From: Marsupella aquatica
Taxonomy: Eukaryota; Plantae; Marchantiophyta
Reading direction: 5' to 3'
Length of the DNA stretch: 64,000 nt
NCBI GenBank assembly: GCA_973895155.1
Contig: OZ316893.1
Coordinates: 24,169,520 to 24,233,519 of the forward strand
Shown here: positions 1 through 11,814 of the stretch, piece after piece
How the letters are laid out: each line of letters opens with the position of its first letter
How positions within the stretch are numbered: the first letter of the stretch is position 1
Notes under the pieces: generated by a model
Seen by the model: the letters and a program-made list of their open reading frames with translations, nothing else
Database searches by the model: none
Told to the model about the DNA's origin: nothing
Made by a program: the position numbers and the translations under genes

Positions 1-2351
1 TTGAGGCAGATGCAACCGGGTGGAAGACTCGAAGGAGCCTGGGTAAGTTTTGATGTGATGCAGCATGTCACCACGGATTGGTTTACTTTCAGCGCACACG
101 TCTACGACCACAATTTCCGTGCACTGTGTACAATTTTCACATGCGAGTTGAAAGGTGAAGACACTGAGTCCTTCGAAAAGGCATGGAAAGTGATGATTGA
201 GGTTTGCAAAGAAAATGAACTTCAGGAGGTTGTCATCCAAGGATTTATGGCCGACAATGCACAAGCTGGATGGAATGCAGTGCGAAATGTTTTTTTTGGT
301 GGACACCCGGACCCGGAGAGGGAGCGCTCTGATGCATTTCACTTTTATCAATCTTTTCATCGTCATTCCAAGGAAGGAGTACTGGAAGAATGTCAATCGG
401 AGCATCGGAGACTTTGGGAGAAACTGAGAAATGCTCCATCATTTGTGGCAGCATACCGGGTGTCCCGAGAGATTGTTGTGTGGTGGCAATCAGGAAACTG
501 TGTCCCCGGAAAGCTGAAGATGCTGCAAAGCTGGATATCTTGGTGGGTTGTTCGCTGGCGCCAGTGGGGCAATTTTATTCGAGTGGTAAGGCATCCATCT
601 ATCTAGACTGTAATGTTCATCAACTTCATATTAGCGCCAGGCGTTGGTTATTTTCTCCATACACGTCAAAACAAGTAGTATAGGATATTGAAGCCAATAT
701 GTAGTTAGAATTCAGTATTAAACATTGAAATTGTATTTCAGGCCTGTTCTACATATTTATGTTGCCAGCGCCGGGCGCTGGTAATAGAATACTACTTACG
801 GTTGACATTTTCGTATGGCAGAGCAAAAGCGCTGAGGAAGGTGCCTTGATCCCCAACTGTACAGGGTCAGAATCAAGGCATGTGTCCATGAAAGCCTCGG
901 CTACAAAGAAAAAGGTCGGTCTTTATGAAGCTTGCGAAGTTGACCAAAACCGTGCTCTCTCTCAAGTTGCCGGATACAGTGCATACCGTAAAGGCTTGAA
1001 CCGGGGGAAGGGGCCAACTATATGGGAATTGGCGTTTTGTTCCGCCGATCAAGCAGGTTCGCCAAGATTGTTTGAAGAAGCGACTAATATGCTTCTATCT
1101 AACGCAGCAGAATTCGATTTGGAAAGAAGTACTCCCTTGAATGGAGATATAATGACAAAGTCAATGAAGAGGAAGGGACATGCAACTGGGACTGTCTCTC
1201 CACAAGATTCCCATCGGCATGACACCGTTCTAATAACCACACCAAATACTCGTGGTTTGAAAAGGAAGAACCTGAATAGAACTGACTTTTCTTCTATTCC
1301 CTCAAGTTTTGATCATCCTGTCACAAAGGTGGTGAATCTCTCAGGTATGGTCACATTAGAGAGTGATACTGATTCACTGGACTATACTCCTCAAACAACC
1401 CGAACAACAAGATCCTCAAAACCTCCGCTCAGTGCCCCAGCAACACTTCAGAATCAACTTCCATGCACGATTGTGCTAGAGAAGGATGTCCCTCCGGGGC
1501 AGTGGCAGTTGCAACGGACATCGAAGTATGGAGCAGGTCCGCAATGCAATGGTACACTGAATGGGAGTTCGGATCGCGATGAGTGTCGAAATTGTATCAA
1601 GAAGGTTGGCTTCCATTCGTCTGAAGGTGTTGTCGGAATTGTCGTGAAGGGCCATCGTCTCTTCAGGGGCGAACCCATCTCCGAAATGATTTGGTTTTGC
1701 CCGAACCAAGCGTGTTACAAGAGTCATCCGTGTCGTGGTGTTCAGAAGCTTCCTCCTTTTCCTGACATTTTGCCTGTTCTGAAGGGTACGAGCCTGTCTC
1801 CTTCTGAAATTACATTCCTGGAAGAGCAAGGACTTGTATTAGCGCGAACAACAGGATTGAGTCAATCTGCGCCATCTGCTTTTGACCTCAGGATAAATGT
1901 TAACGTGTTCCCAGAAACAATAAGGTTTTTGGAGCCGAATCTCCGACTTGGTAGTCGGAATGGGAGGACCTCAAGGCCTCGGTCTAATCTCACTGTGGGT
2001 CACACGAAGCGAATGGAGTCTGCACGACAAGAAGTGATGAGTTTGGATGGGGAATGGAATGTTCAGACCGAAAATGCTTTTGGAAAGCAATTTCGAATTC
2101 GAACCCATGAGAACCATCGATCACCAAGCACATACTTCGTCCAAATCTGTATCTTCCCCGCTTGCTCTTGTGAAGACTTCTTCCTCCGACATTCGCGTGG
2201 CAAGTCTTACATGCCTTGCAAACATCTATACTGGGTGTACATAAATGTTTTCAAACTTGAGATTGAGGAGTCGACTCTTTGTAGCCAACCTATTTTGACT
2301 TTAGGCGAAGTCAGGCTTGTGCTGGAGAGGCAGAACTTGAATGGCTTATGA
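1..2351 (+). CDS. Mutator/MULE-type DDE transposase with C-terminal SWIM zinc finger, 5'-truncated by the window; exons <1-585 and 822-2351
   Basis: Motifs SFDVMQH (D1), FMADNA (D2), DAFH (C/DxxH motif) and SESRH (catalytic E), plus SWIM CSCEDF...PCKHLYWV. A GT(586)..AG(821) phase-0 intron joins ORFs 1..606 and 759..2351 in frame. Confidence 0.8.
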
Positions 2352-3049
2352 GAGAGATCGAAACTGCCCAATAGGTCGTCGTTCAATATAACGGTTATTC
2401 CCTATTTTGTCTTTTTCCAACGGATATTTTAGTTGTTTTATTGAGACTTTGTTGGTTAGCGCCGGGCGCTGGTTCTAGGAAACCGGATATTCATTGCTTC
2501 ATTATGTACGTGCATTGTGGAAGAATGACCTCTTGTTTTATTTAAAATGTGTAAGTTGATTAAATTGTCTACTGTCTTCAAAGCCTCGAGGATGTGATTT
2601 GTCATTTGTTTGTGACGTTACAAGGTCCATTTAATCAACTCCTTTAGATTGGGTTCATTTGGACTCCACGATTGACATGTGCTATGGTGGGTCCCACTCT
2701 AAGGGTCACTATTTGGCGATGAAAATAGATTGATTTGCATGAATGTTTCTTTAGGCACACTCCTAATACCATGTTTTTTATCTTCTACAATAAATTGTTG
2801 TGTCAATGGAGGATTGATAGTACACTTCATCCATCGGATGGCACAAAATAATTGTTTGTTTTAAACTTTATTGCCCCCCGAAAAATTATGCCATTAGAGT
2901 GGTGGATATGCACCTTAGAGTGGTGGATATGCACGTTATGGTTCAGGCAAAACTGGTAACAGGAACAAGCTTATTGGTAACAGGTACAATTTCCCTGTTA
3001 ACAGAAAATAAACCCCTGGTAACAGGTTTTCTGTTTTCTGTTTTCTGTC

Positions 3050-3872
3050 GTGGCTATCATACCCGTTCGCGATGGGGCTGTCCGTCTTGTGGTGGCAAGA
3101 AATGATAAAGCTACAGTTTTGGAGAGATCAAAAATTCTTGGGTGTTTCTTTGAGAAGAACATGAAAGTTAAAGAGTGTACAGAGGGATTGGTTTTGCTAG
3201 TCAGCGACGACCAGCAGGAAGACAAAATAAGCATTTGTTTGGATCAAACGCAATATGTAACCTTCAATCAACCCAGAATCGATGATCTTCTAGGTGCAAA
3301 GCACGCCTTGGAAAAGGTTACTAGTGTGGGATATCCTTCCGATCCAGAGGGATCAACGGGAGATTTGATTTGTCAATACATTATTGACGTACTTGAGTTC
3401 CAGAGAGTTCCTTTCAACCAGGGATTTCGCTTGGGAAAGGCCCCGCCAGTAAGCAAGGTTGAAGTATACTCGGTGGAGAATCTTCCGAAAGTAATTACCT
3501 CAGCGAATGTCAGGGCTCTGTTTGATTCTTTCCTCAAAGAATATAGTGCTGTGAATATATTTAACAGCAAGTCATTTTTTGTTGAGACATCACATTGTCA
3601 TCTTGCACCGGACCACATCAAGTGCCAAGAGTGGAATCAGGATTACACAGATAGGCTAAAGAATTCACTCCTCTCTCATTCGGCTATAAAGTTTGAGAAG
3701 CGATGCTGCTTTTTAGTCCCTGTGAAGTGGGTTCAGTCGGAGGCCGACAGAGATCCCGACTACAATGGGGCGCCCTACGATTCATCGCCAAAGGAGGAGG
3801 ACATTATGACGTCATTTCTGGATACTCGGAGGCCAGCACACAATAATGACGTACAAATTGCTGAGAGAGGAC
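3050..3872 (+). pseudogene. 5' part of the transposon cargo gene, cut by the Gypsy insertion
   Basis: ORF 3050..3988 runs into the LTR at 3873. Coding-like sequence resumes after the second TSD at 19500. Confidence 0.6.
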
Positions 3873-6800
3873 TGTGGTGCGTCCCATGGCTCCCTAAACC
3901 CAAGAAACCCCCCAGCTCAAGCCGATTCCCGCAGGTTTCGTGCTTGGCGAGGCCGTTTCCGCGGCTTAGCGGCATGGGACGCTGCTAACCTTCTACTACT
4001 ACTATTAACATTTTACACACATATACTGGACAGATCCTTCATCGGGTCATGAGATACGTAGCCGGCCTAATATAGGCCTTCCCCTGTCTTCCCCTGTCTT
4101 CCCCTCCGTCTTGTTAGGTATGTTTGGATTCTGCCGCCGGAATGATCCCCAATAGGCTTGGTTAAGCCGCTAAGACCTCTCTCAGCTCGACACATCCAAC
4201 TCTCACTCCCCTGCTTACTTTCCTTCCTTCTGTTGATGTGGGCACTCTTCACACAAGTTAATGCGACACACAAATAGCAAAATGACTCATTCTGACTGAG
4301 TCATACCATGCACTTGCCATACAAACAGTACATCTCATACACAAGTTCTGCGAACTAAGCCGTGAGGCCAACTCTATTCAGCTCTTAGGCATGAGGAAAC
4401 ATGAATATACACAAGGGTCACTGTATGACTAACCGAGAGCTTCTCGTACTACTTGATCCCAGCCCGGCTGGTGCAAACTAAAAACTTGCTAAAGAAGAGG
4501 CCCTGAGCTCCCCGCTGCCCAGGTACTTATCCTGGTAGTGGATCCGCCATTCTTTGCATCGTAAGCCTAATCTACTTAACAGTAATCTACTTGCCCGAAT
4601 CTACCTATGTACAGCAAGGCAGGAGCACAAGTGTTGCTCCTACCAGTGGGACCGCAATCCCACTAAGCTAAGTGTCAGGGCCGCTCCTGGTTCTGATCCT
4701 AATCCTAAACGTGGAGATCCGTGCCCGCCCTGCCCACTCACGCCTCCTCCCTCCACGTCCGCCCTCCCTAAAAGGAACGGCGCCCTTGCACCGTCACGAC
4801 ACCGGTGGTGGATCCTCAATGGACGCCCCCAACACTTCCTCCTCAGCCACTGCCGTTGGCCCGCCTACTGACAGATTACCTGCCCTTGACCGAGTCAACT
4901 CTCCATCGGCCTGACTGGGTCCACCTTCGGCTTCAGCCTCGACACCGGCCTCGGCAATACCCACGGCTTCGGCCTCAGCCACTCCCACGGCTTCGGCCTC
5001 AGCCACTCCCACGGCTTCGGCTTCAGCCACTCCCACGGCTTCGGCTTCCCCTTCCCCTAGGGTAGTTGGATCCTTAGCCGTGACCCTGTCTGGGGTCGGT
5101 GCTGGGTCTACCTCCTTGATCACCACGGCCTGTGAAGTCGTATTACTCCTTGACCCTGAAGGTTTCCGCTTCTTCTTCGTTGGTGGCTCGGCAGCTGGTC
5201 CCTTCCCCTTCCCACTTACTTCCGGCACTGGTGCAGGTGGCGCGGCTTGTCCTTCGGCAATTACCACCCCTGGTAACTGGTTTGTCCCAACAGGAGATGG
5301 ACCTGCTGCAGCTAAGCATTTAAATACTGCGGCTTGTTTCTTCAGCCGCTCTGTTTGGTTGTCGGCCCGCCGCTGTAGGTTCTCCATCTTCCTCGTGATT
5401 TCCTCCAACTCCTCTTGGGTTTCATCCAGGTCCTTACGTGCCCCCTCCAGCTCGTTTTTGGCCTCCTCCTGCTCCCTGTGGGCTTCCTCCAATTCCTTCT
5501 TCAAGGTAGCCTTCTCCTCCTGGGTTGCTCTTAGCTCCTTGTCGAGCTCTACAATGATGACAGACTCCATCTGGTTCATCTTGGCGTAAGTCTGTTCGAG
5601 CATCTCGTCCTTCTCCCTTAGGTCGGCCTTGAAGCTGGCCGTCAGGGACGCAAGCTCCTGCTGCAGCGCCATAATCCCTTGATAGGATTTCCCTAACTCG
5701 ACCTCCTTCTGCTCAAGGGCTCCGCGGATTTTCTCGAGCTCCCCTTTCAACGCCCATTCCTTTCTTTGGGTCTCCGCCATGGCCCGGCTGTTGGCTGTTA
5801 TGTGGGCCTCCTCTGTATTCTTCAGCTCTTGCTTCCACTTTTCCCTTTCTTTGATCGTGTCGGCCAACTCTTCCTGCGTCTGAGTCAGTTTATCCTTGAT
5901 ATTCTGATTATCAGCCTGCGCGGCGTCCAACTGCCCCTGCATGATGTTCAGCTCATGTCGTTTAATCCGCAGTTCATCTTGGGCTTTCTTGGCCGCCCTT
6001 AGATCTTCAATCTCGGCTTCCATCCTCCTAAGCCGCCGAATGACCTCGTCCTTCTTGCTTCTCTCTAAAGCCACCGCTTCTTCTAATTGGTGCTTCTCCA
6101 ACTGCTCCCTATGGAAAAAGGGTCCTACCTCCAACTCCTCTCCAAAGATGCCGAGCGCAAGTTCCCCACACATCTCACCATACTCCATGGCTCTATTCTT
6201 AGCGTAGGTGGAGTAAGTAGAAGTGATCGGCATCGCCCATCGTGGCCTCTGCTCCCAAGCTGTCCTGCGGATCTCTTCAATTGTGGCTAGAGGTTTGCTT
6301 CCTTTTTCGGCTAGCCGCCTGATGTCCTCCGGCCAATCTCCTCCTGGTAAATCCTTTTCCTTAGCCAGGGCGGCCTCTTCCTCCTGCTTGATTCGCTCCT
6401 GAAATTCCTGCACCGTCTGTTTTATGCCGTCGAAGCTCGGGGGAGCAACATCTGGTGGGGGAGACTCAGGGCTACTCTGCTGGTTGGGGTCCCCTCGCAC
6501 TACCCTTGGAAGTGTGGGGACAAACCGGCCACAGGTCCTTACTCCTGGAACGTGATGGTCCGACCCATAGCCGGAATTATCATGGCTGCAGTCCTCCACT
6601 GCCTCCTCTACCTCTTGGACGTCCGGCTTCTCCCTCTCCTCTTCGTTGGTAGGAGCTTCAGGCAATTCTGCCTCAGATTCGGAGCTTGAGGTTCCCACGT
6701 ACATTCGAACACCTGGCTTGGATTCCGGCCTGATTCTCTCCTTGTCTCCAGCAAAGGGGTTTTCTCTTGTGAGCCGGTGTAGGCCTACCTCTGTAGTAGT

Positions 6801-8559
6801 GTCCTGCATTGTTGCCGTTGCCGTTGTTGTTGTTGCCGATGCCGATTTCTTTTCTTTCTCCAGTAGTTTCAGCAGACTCTGCATGCCTGGTTGCTGCATC
6901 GGCAAGTCTTCCTTCCTGGGCCTAAACACCTGCTCGATCGTAGGACTAACAGGTGGTTGAGGCTTCTCAGCCAACGGCCTCGGCGTTGGAGCTTCCTCGG
7001 GTGCCCTTACCTGCAGGGGAAGTACCGGGGCAAAAGTCTGACCTCTGGCATACCGGCATAACAGCGGCATGTGATAGCCAAGCCGCGACACGCTCCCCAT
7101 GCAGATTACCTGCTGCTCCTCCTTTAAGATCTTCTTCAATTGGTTGAGGAGGTACCCGTTGTAGTCCCGGCTTGGGTCTGGCCTTTCTGCCAGATAGACC
7201 TGTGCCTTGCCGATCTCTGCCCTCGGCAAGTTACAATGCATGGTCACCCGCAAGAAGTCGATCATCTCTCCTATGTGCGGGTTGGTGCAGGTGTTCCGGA
7301 AGAAGCCATTCTTCGTTGATGGCCCGGGGAACGACCGGAACTCCTTGTCAGGCAAGGTCTTCCTGGTATCAACTTTGGTCTTATTGCCCATCGGCAAGCC
7401 AAACACTTCGGCAATCACCTTGGGAGTAAGATAGAAATCCTTCCCATATATCCTCGTGCAATTGGTCTCGGGTTCCCATGACCCCACGAATTCTAATAGG
7501 TCTGACTCCGGTACCTCCGGCTTCAGCCATGGTAATCTTACAAAGGCCTCCAAGCCGGATCCGGCCATGAAGCCTTGGTACTTCTTGGTCTGCATGGCCG
7601 TAAAGCATGCATCCTCCTCCCGTGCAAAATGTAGTTGCACCTCCACCGGTAGGGTTGCCGCCCAGCCCTTCCAGGTGTCATCCCTGGTTGGAATGGCCTT
7701 GATGGGATCGACCTCCTCCTCTTCGGCTTCTCCCTGCCTCCTGCTCTGCTGCTCGGCTGGCTTCTTTGGTGCCGCCGACCTCGTTCTTTTTGCCGGGGTG
7801 GCTTCATCGTTGACGGCTCCCTTCCTCTTCATCTCTGCTGCCGTGGAGGTTTCTCCTAGCACCGTTGCCCGGGTCCACCTTTCCGTGCTACCCTTTAATT
7901 CCCAGTGTATGTCGTTGCAGTTCTTGATGGCCTCTCAGATGCCGACGACGCTGTCTTTGCAAAACAGAAGATCGTCGAGTTGATTGGAAGTAGGCGTCCA
8001 CAGGAACTCGTCCTTGATGAGTTCGCCTCCTAAGAAAGCCGTCTTCTGCAGCTCCCACAATCGAGCGAGCTCCTGCCGTTCTCGAGCTGCCCTTTCTGAC
8101 TCCTCGTCCTCGTAAGTCTTGATGTACTCAGTTGCCCGTTCGAACAGGCATCCCCAGAAATGTGCCGCTTGATTGACGTTGCTCATACCCTCCTTAGGTT
8201 GATCGTCGGTATCTACTCTCTCCCCGAGTGCTTGCCTAAGCAGCTGACAGTAGTTGGCCTCCCGTAGTCGTCTGCCTAGTTCGTGCTCGCAAATGAGCCA
8301 CCATCTCCTGCAAGCGCTCCTTACCCCTCTCCTCTGCCGGTCCTTCTTCCCGTTGATCCTTCCTAGCCGCCGACGCTTAACGCGCCCTAACCCTAATCGG
8401 GTTTTCACCCTCAGCCTTACCTCCGGCCTCTGCCCGGGTTCCATGGTTGCCCCTAATTGTTTATATTTTCCTTGTTTTGTCACTATACTAAGGTGTTCCT
8501 AGGGTGCCTTCCTGCTTTACCCACTTAACCGGCCGAGTGATTCCTGTCTAGGCATCACA
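3873..8559 (-). repeat. 3' LTR, 4687 bp
   Basis: Direct repeat of 14784-19494 with termini TGTGGTGC...GCATCACA; adjacent to the PPT. Confidence 0.97.
4794..8483 (-). pseudogene. 3'-LTR copy of the LTR-embedded gene, with one premature stop
   Basis: Same as ORF 15705..19418 except for a few substitutions, one fewer 24-bp repeat, and CGA>TGA at 7935-7937, which splits it into the 182-aa and 1022-aa ORFs. Confidence 0.9.
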
Positions 8560-11500
8560 TAGCTCCCCACTTAATTGTGAAGCGTCCTCGCGAACAACTT
8601 CATCTTCGTCCATATAGTATTTCTTGAGGCGGTCATAATGGATGCGAACTGGATATACCTCTCCCGTAATGTTGGCCAATTGTACGGAGCCATTGGGGAA
8701 CATCATGGTTACTCTAAAGGGTCCTAACCAGCGAGTGTAAAGCTTCCCTGGAAACCTACTATACCTACTGTCATAAAGTAACACAAGATCACCGGTATGA
8801 ATACTAACTACTTTTAACCTTTTATCATACTGCTGCTTCATGATATTCTGTCTATATTCTACTCTCTCGGCTGAAATCATTCTCGCTTCCTCTAAAGCTT
8901 CTAACCTATATTCTCGCTCCTTTAGGCTCTCCTCCGCTGAGGCTCTTTCCTCAATTGTAACTTGAAATGTCGGTATCTCAAGTTGCATGGGTACCAGGGC
9001 TTCTTGTCCAAAGGTTAAGAAGAAGGGTGTATGACCGGTAGTGGATTTATAGGCCAGATTGTAAGAAAAAACAGCAGCAAACAATTTATCATCCCAATCG
9101 AGTTTGTTCTGAGCTACTGTCTTGTTCAATATCTTTCCTATGATTCCGTTTGCTCGTTCTGTCAACCCGTTTGCCTTTGGATGGTAGGGAGTAGTAGGCC
9201 TATGTTTAACTAAATACTGCTCATTTAAACGACTAATTATATCATTCAAAAAATGGGTTCCTCTATCACTAACTAATTCTAGGGGTGCTCCATACCTGGT
9301 GAAGATCTGCTCATACATGAATCTAGCCATAGTAATTGCATCATCCTTCGTTGTTGGTCTGGCCTCTACCCATTTAGTTGCATAATCCGTAGCCAGGATT
9401 ATGTACTTGTTCCGTCGAGGGTGGGTCAGTGGTTTCAGAGGTCCAATGTAATCAATACCCCACTTCTCGAATGGTGCCAGAGGTAGAATAGGGTGCAGTG
9501 GATGCCTGGTGGACGCCCTTGGTCCTCCCGCTCGTTGACAAGGATCGCATTGTTTGATAAACTGATAGACATCCTTGTGCAAGGTGGGCCACCAGTAACC
9601 GGCATTTAATATTTTCTTAGACGTGGTTACTGGGGCAAAATGTCCTCCGGCCTCCTCTCCATGCATGGCCCGTAGGACTCGTTTTACCTCTCTCTTTTCC
9701 AAACACCTTTGAATCGTGCCGTTGATTCCATGCTTGTGCAGTATGCCTTTAATGCACTGATACTGTCTGACCTTCCGCACAAAGACTGCGGCTTGCTCTC
9801 GGCTTAATCCTGGCTGTAATCTGGAAGTGCTGAGAAATTGTAAAATCTCAGGGTACCATGTACCAGCTATTTCCACAACGAATAGCTCCTCATCGGGGAA
9901 TCGATCATCGATGCAATCCGTGGCAGGTTTACCTGTGATCCTTGAAAAGAAGTCGGCATTGGCATGTAACTTTCCCGGCTTGATCCTCAGCTCATAGTCA
10001 AACTCCTGTAATAGCAAAATCCATCTTGCTACTCTGCCTGTAAGGTCCGGCTTATTGACTAGGTACTTCAAACTTTCATGATCAGTATGAAAGATTACCT
10101 TGTACCCTAGTAAATAATGCCTAAACTTTTTACAAGAATAAATGACTCCTAATGCTTCTCTTTCCGTGGTAGAGTAGTTCCGTTCGGCATCGGCAAGCTG
10201 ACGGCTTGCGAAGTATATGGGATGGTCCCTTCCTTTCTCATCCAACTGACTTAGTACTGAGCCAATACAGAAGCCCGAGACATCTACAAAAACATGAAAA
10301 TCTTTGTTCCAGTCCGGTGCTATCATGACTGGGGCCTCTACTAACATCTGCTTCAATTCTACCACCGCTGTGACTCGTTCGGGTGTGGGTTCGAAGTCTG
10401 CTCCTGCCTTGAGCATATTGGTTAATGGTAAAGCCAGCTTGGCAAAATCCTTGATGAACCGGCGATAGTAACCAATGCATCCCAAGAAGGATCTTACATC
10501 CTTTATGTTCTTAGGTTGCATGATATCTAGCCATACTGCTAGCTTACCTTTGTCAATCTCAATGCCCTTCCTTGATACCTTGTGACCTAGTAGCACCCCC
10601 TCGGTTACTGCAAAAAAACATTTATCTGGGTGTAACTTGAGACCCACCTCCCTACATCTCATGAAGGTTTTCCTGAGGTATTTAGCATGTTTCGATGCCT
10701 TCCCGAATACTGCAAAGTCATCAATGAAGATTTCCATGAACTTTCTCAAGTAATCATGAAAAATGTTCACCATTAATCGTTGGAACATAGCTGGTGCGTT
10801 GCAGAGTCCAAACGGCATACGATTGAAGACATAGATCCCCCATTCCGTGATGAAGGCCGTCTTGATTTGGTCTTCCTGTCGAATCCTGATTTGGTTATAA
10901 CCAGAGTATCCATCCATGAATGAATATAGTTCATGACTGGCTACCATGTCTAGTACCATATCAGTAAACGGTAAAGGAAAATGGTCTTTTAATGTTGCTT
11001 CATTCAGCTTCCTGTAATCCTGACAAACCCGGATCTTGGGTTTACCATCGGGTCCAGCTTTCTTGGGAACTATCACAATTGGAGACACCCAGTCTGAATG
11101 CAGGACTGGAGTGATGAATCCAGCTTCCACTAGTTTGTCGATTTCTGTTTTGACCAGCAGGGAATACTTCGGGTTCATCCTTCGAATTGGTTGTCGAAAT
11201 GATTTGGCTCCTAACATGAGATCAATTCGATGTTCCCCTAGTGTTGGATCTACTCCCTTTAGATCTTGGTGACTCCATGCAAACACATCCTGAAATTCAA
11301 TCAATAAGTCACTGATCTCTTTCTCGAGCTCAGGTGCTAGGTTTCTCCCTAAGTTCAGTTCTCTTCCCTCTCCTAAGTCGAGCTTCCGATATTGCCGTGC
11401 TTGGATCATATTAATCTGCTTCTTCAAATTCGGGTCCAGTTCGGCTTCCAGTCTCTCTAATCTCATACCTCCATAAACTGGGATCTCGGCTGGACTAGCC

Positions 11501-11814
11501 GAGTCGGTCCCTTCCTTGGTGTCCATAGATTGTCCCCTTACCGGTCTATTCAGTCTTGAATTAGTGGCCGGCTCCCCTTCCTGCCTTGGCTCTGGATCGT
11601 GTCTGTCCATCTCATCCACCTCTTGCTCCTGAGAGTTAGGCCGCTGTGCTCTCTCGGCTTCTAATAGGGCCTCAATTTGTTCTGCCCTCGTAATCGGCTT
11701 GTATGCCGATCCCTTGGTATTTAATTCCTTGCCGATGATCGATGGCGTTGTGGACCCCGTCGGCTCTGCCACAACGCCTGCAGAAAATCCACTGTCCCTG
11801 CTACTGCTCCCCAC
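8548..11814 (-). CDS. pol: Pol: reverse transcriptase, RNase H and integrase
   Basis: RT: DYRKLN, MPFGLCNAP, FIDDF. RH: DVSG, EALG, TDH, NADFFSR. INT: HHCC zinc finger, IDY/SDRG/NGLTER DDE and WLGPF. The stop codon lies 12 nt inside the 3' LTR. Confidence 0.95.
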   Translation of the reverse strand: MGSSSRDSGFSAGVVAEPTGSTTPSIIGKELNTKGSAYKPITRAEQIEALLEAERAQRPNSQEQEVDEMDRHDPEPRQEGEPATNSRLNRPVRGQSMDTKEGTDSASPAEIPVYGGMRLERLEAELDPNLKKQINMIQARQYRKLDLGEGRELNLGRNLAPELEKEISDLLIEFQDVFAWSHQDLKGVDPTLGEHRIDLMLGAKSFRQPIRRMNPKYSLLVKTEIDKLVEAGFITPVLHSDWVSPIVIVPKKAGPDGKPKIRVCQDYRKLNEATLKDHFPLPFTDMVLDMVASHELYSFMDGYSGYNQIRIRQEDQIKTAFITEWGIYVFNRMPFGLCNAPAMFQRLMVNIFHDYLRKFMEIFIDDFAVFGKASKHAKYLRKTFMRCREVGLKLHPDKCFFAVTEGVLLGHKVSRKGIEIDKGKLAVWLDIMQPKNIKDVRSFLGCIGYYRRFIKDFAKLALPLTNMLKAGADFEPTPERVTAVVELKQMLVEAPVMIAPDWNKDFHVFVDVSGFCIGSVLSQLDEKGRDHPIYFASRQLADAERNYSTTEREALGVIYSCKKFRHYLLGYKVIFHTDHESLKYLVNKPDLTGRVARWILLLQEFDYELRIKPGKLHANADFFSRITGKPATDCIDDRFPDEELFVVEIAGTWYPEILQFLSTSRLQPGLSREQAAVFVRKVRQYQCIKGILHKHGINGTIQRCLEKREVKRVLRAMHGEEAGGHFAPVTTSKKILNAGYWWPTLHKDVYQFIKQCDPCQRAGGPRASTRHPLHPILPLAPFEKWGIDYIGPLKPLTHPRRNKYIILATDYATKWVEARPTTKDDAITMARFMYEQIFTRYGAPLELVSDRGTHFLNDIISRLNEQYLVKHRPTTPYHPKANGLTERANGIIGKILNKTVAQNKLDWDDKLFAAVFSYNLAYKSTTGHTPFFLTFGQEALVPMQLEIPTFQVTIEERASAEESLKEREYRLEALEEARMISAERVEYRQNIMKQQYDKRLKVVSIHTGDLVLLYDSRYSRFPGKLYTRWLGPFRVTMMFPNGSVQLANITGEVYPVRIHYDRLKKYYMDEDEVVREDASQLSGELCDA
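8560..8573 (-). promoter_or_regulatory. Polypurine tract (PPT)
   Basis: TAAGTGGGGAGCTA immediately precedes the TG of the 3' LTR on the minus strand, inside the integrase reading frame. Confidence 0.85.

Noticed and set aside
3873-3988. C-terminus of ORF 3050..3988
   Set aside because: It is read-through into LTR sequence, not part of the original gene.
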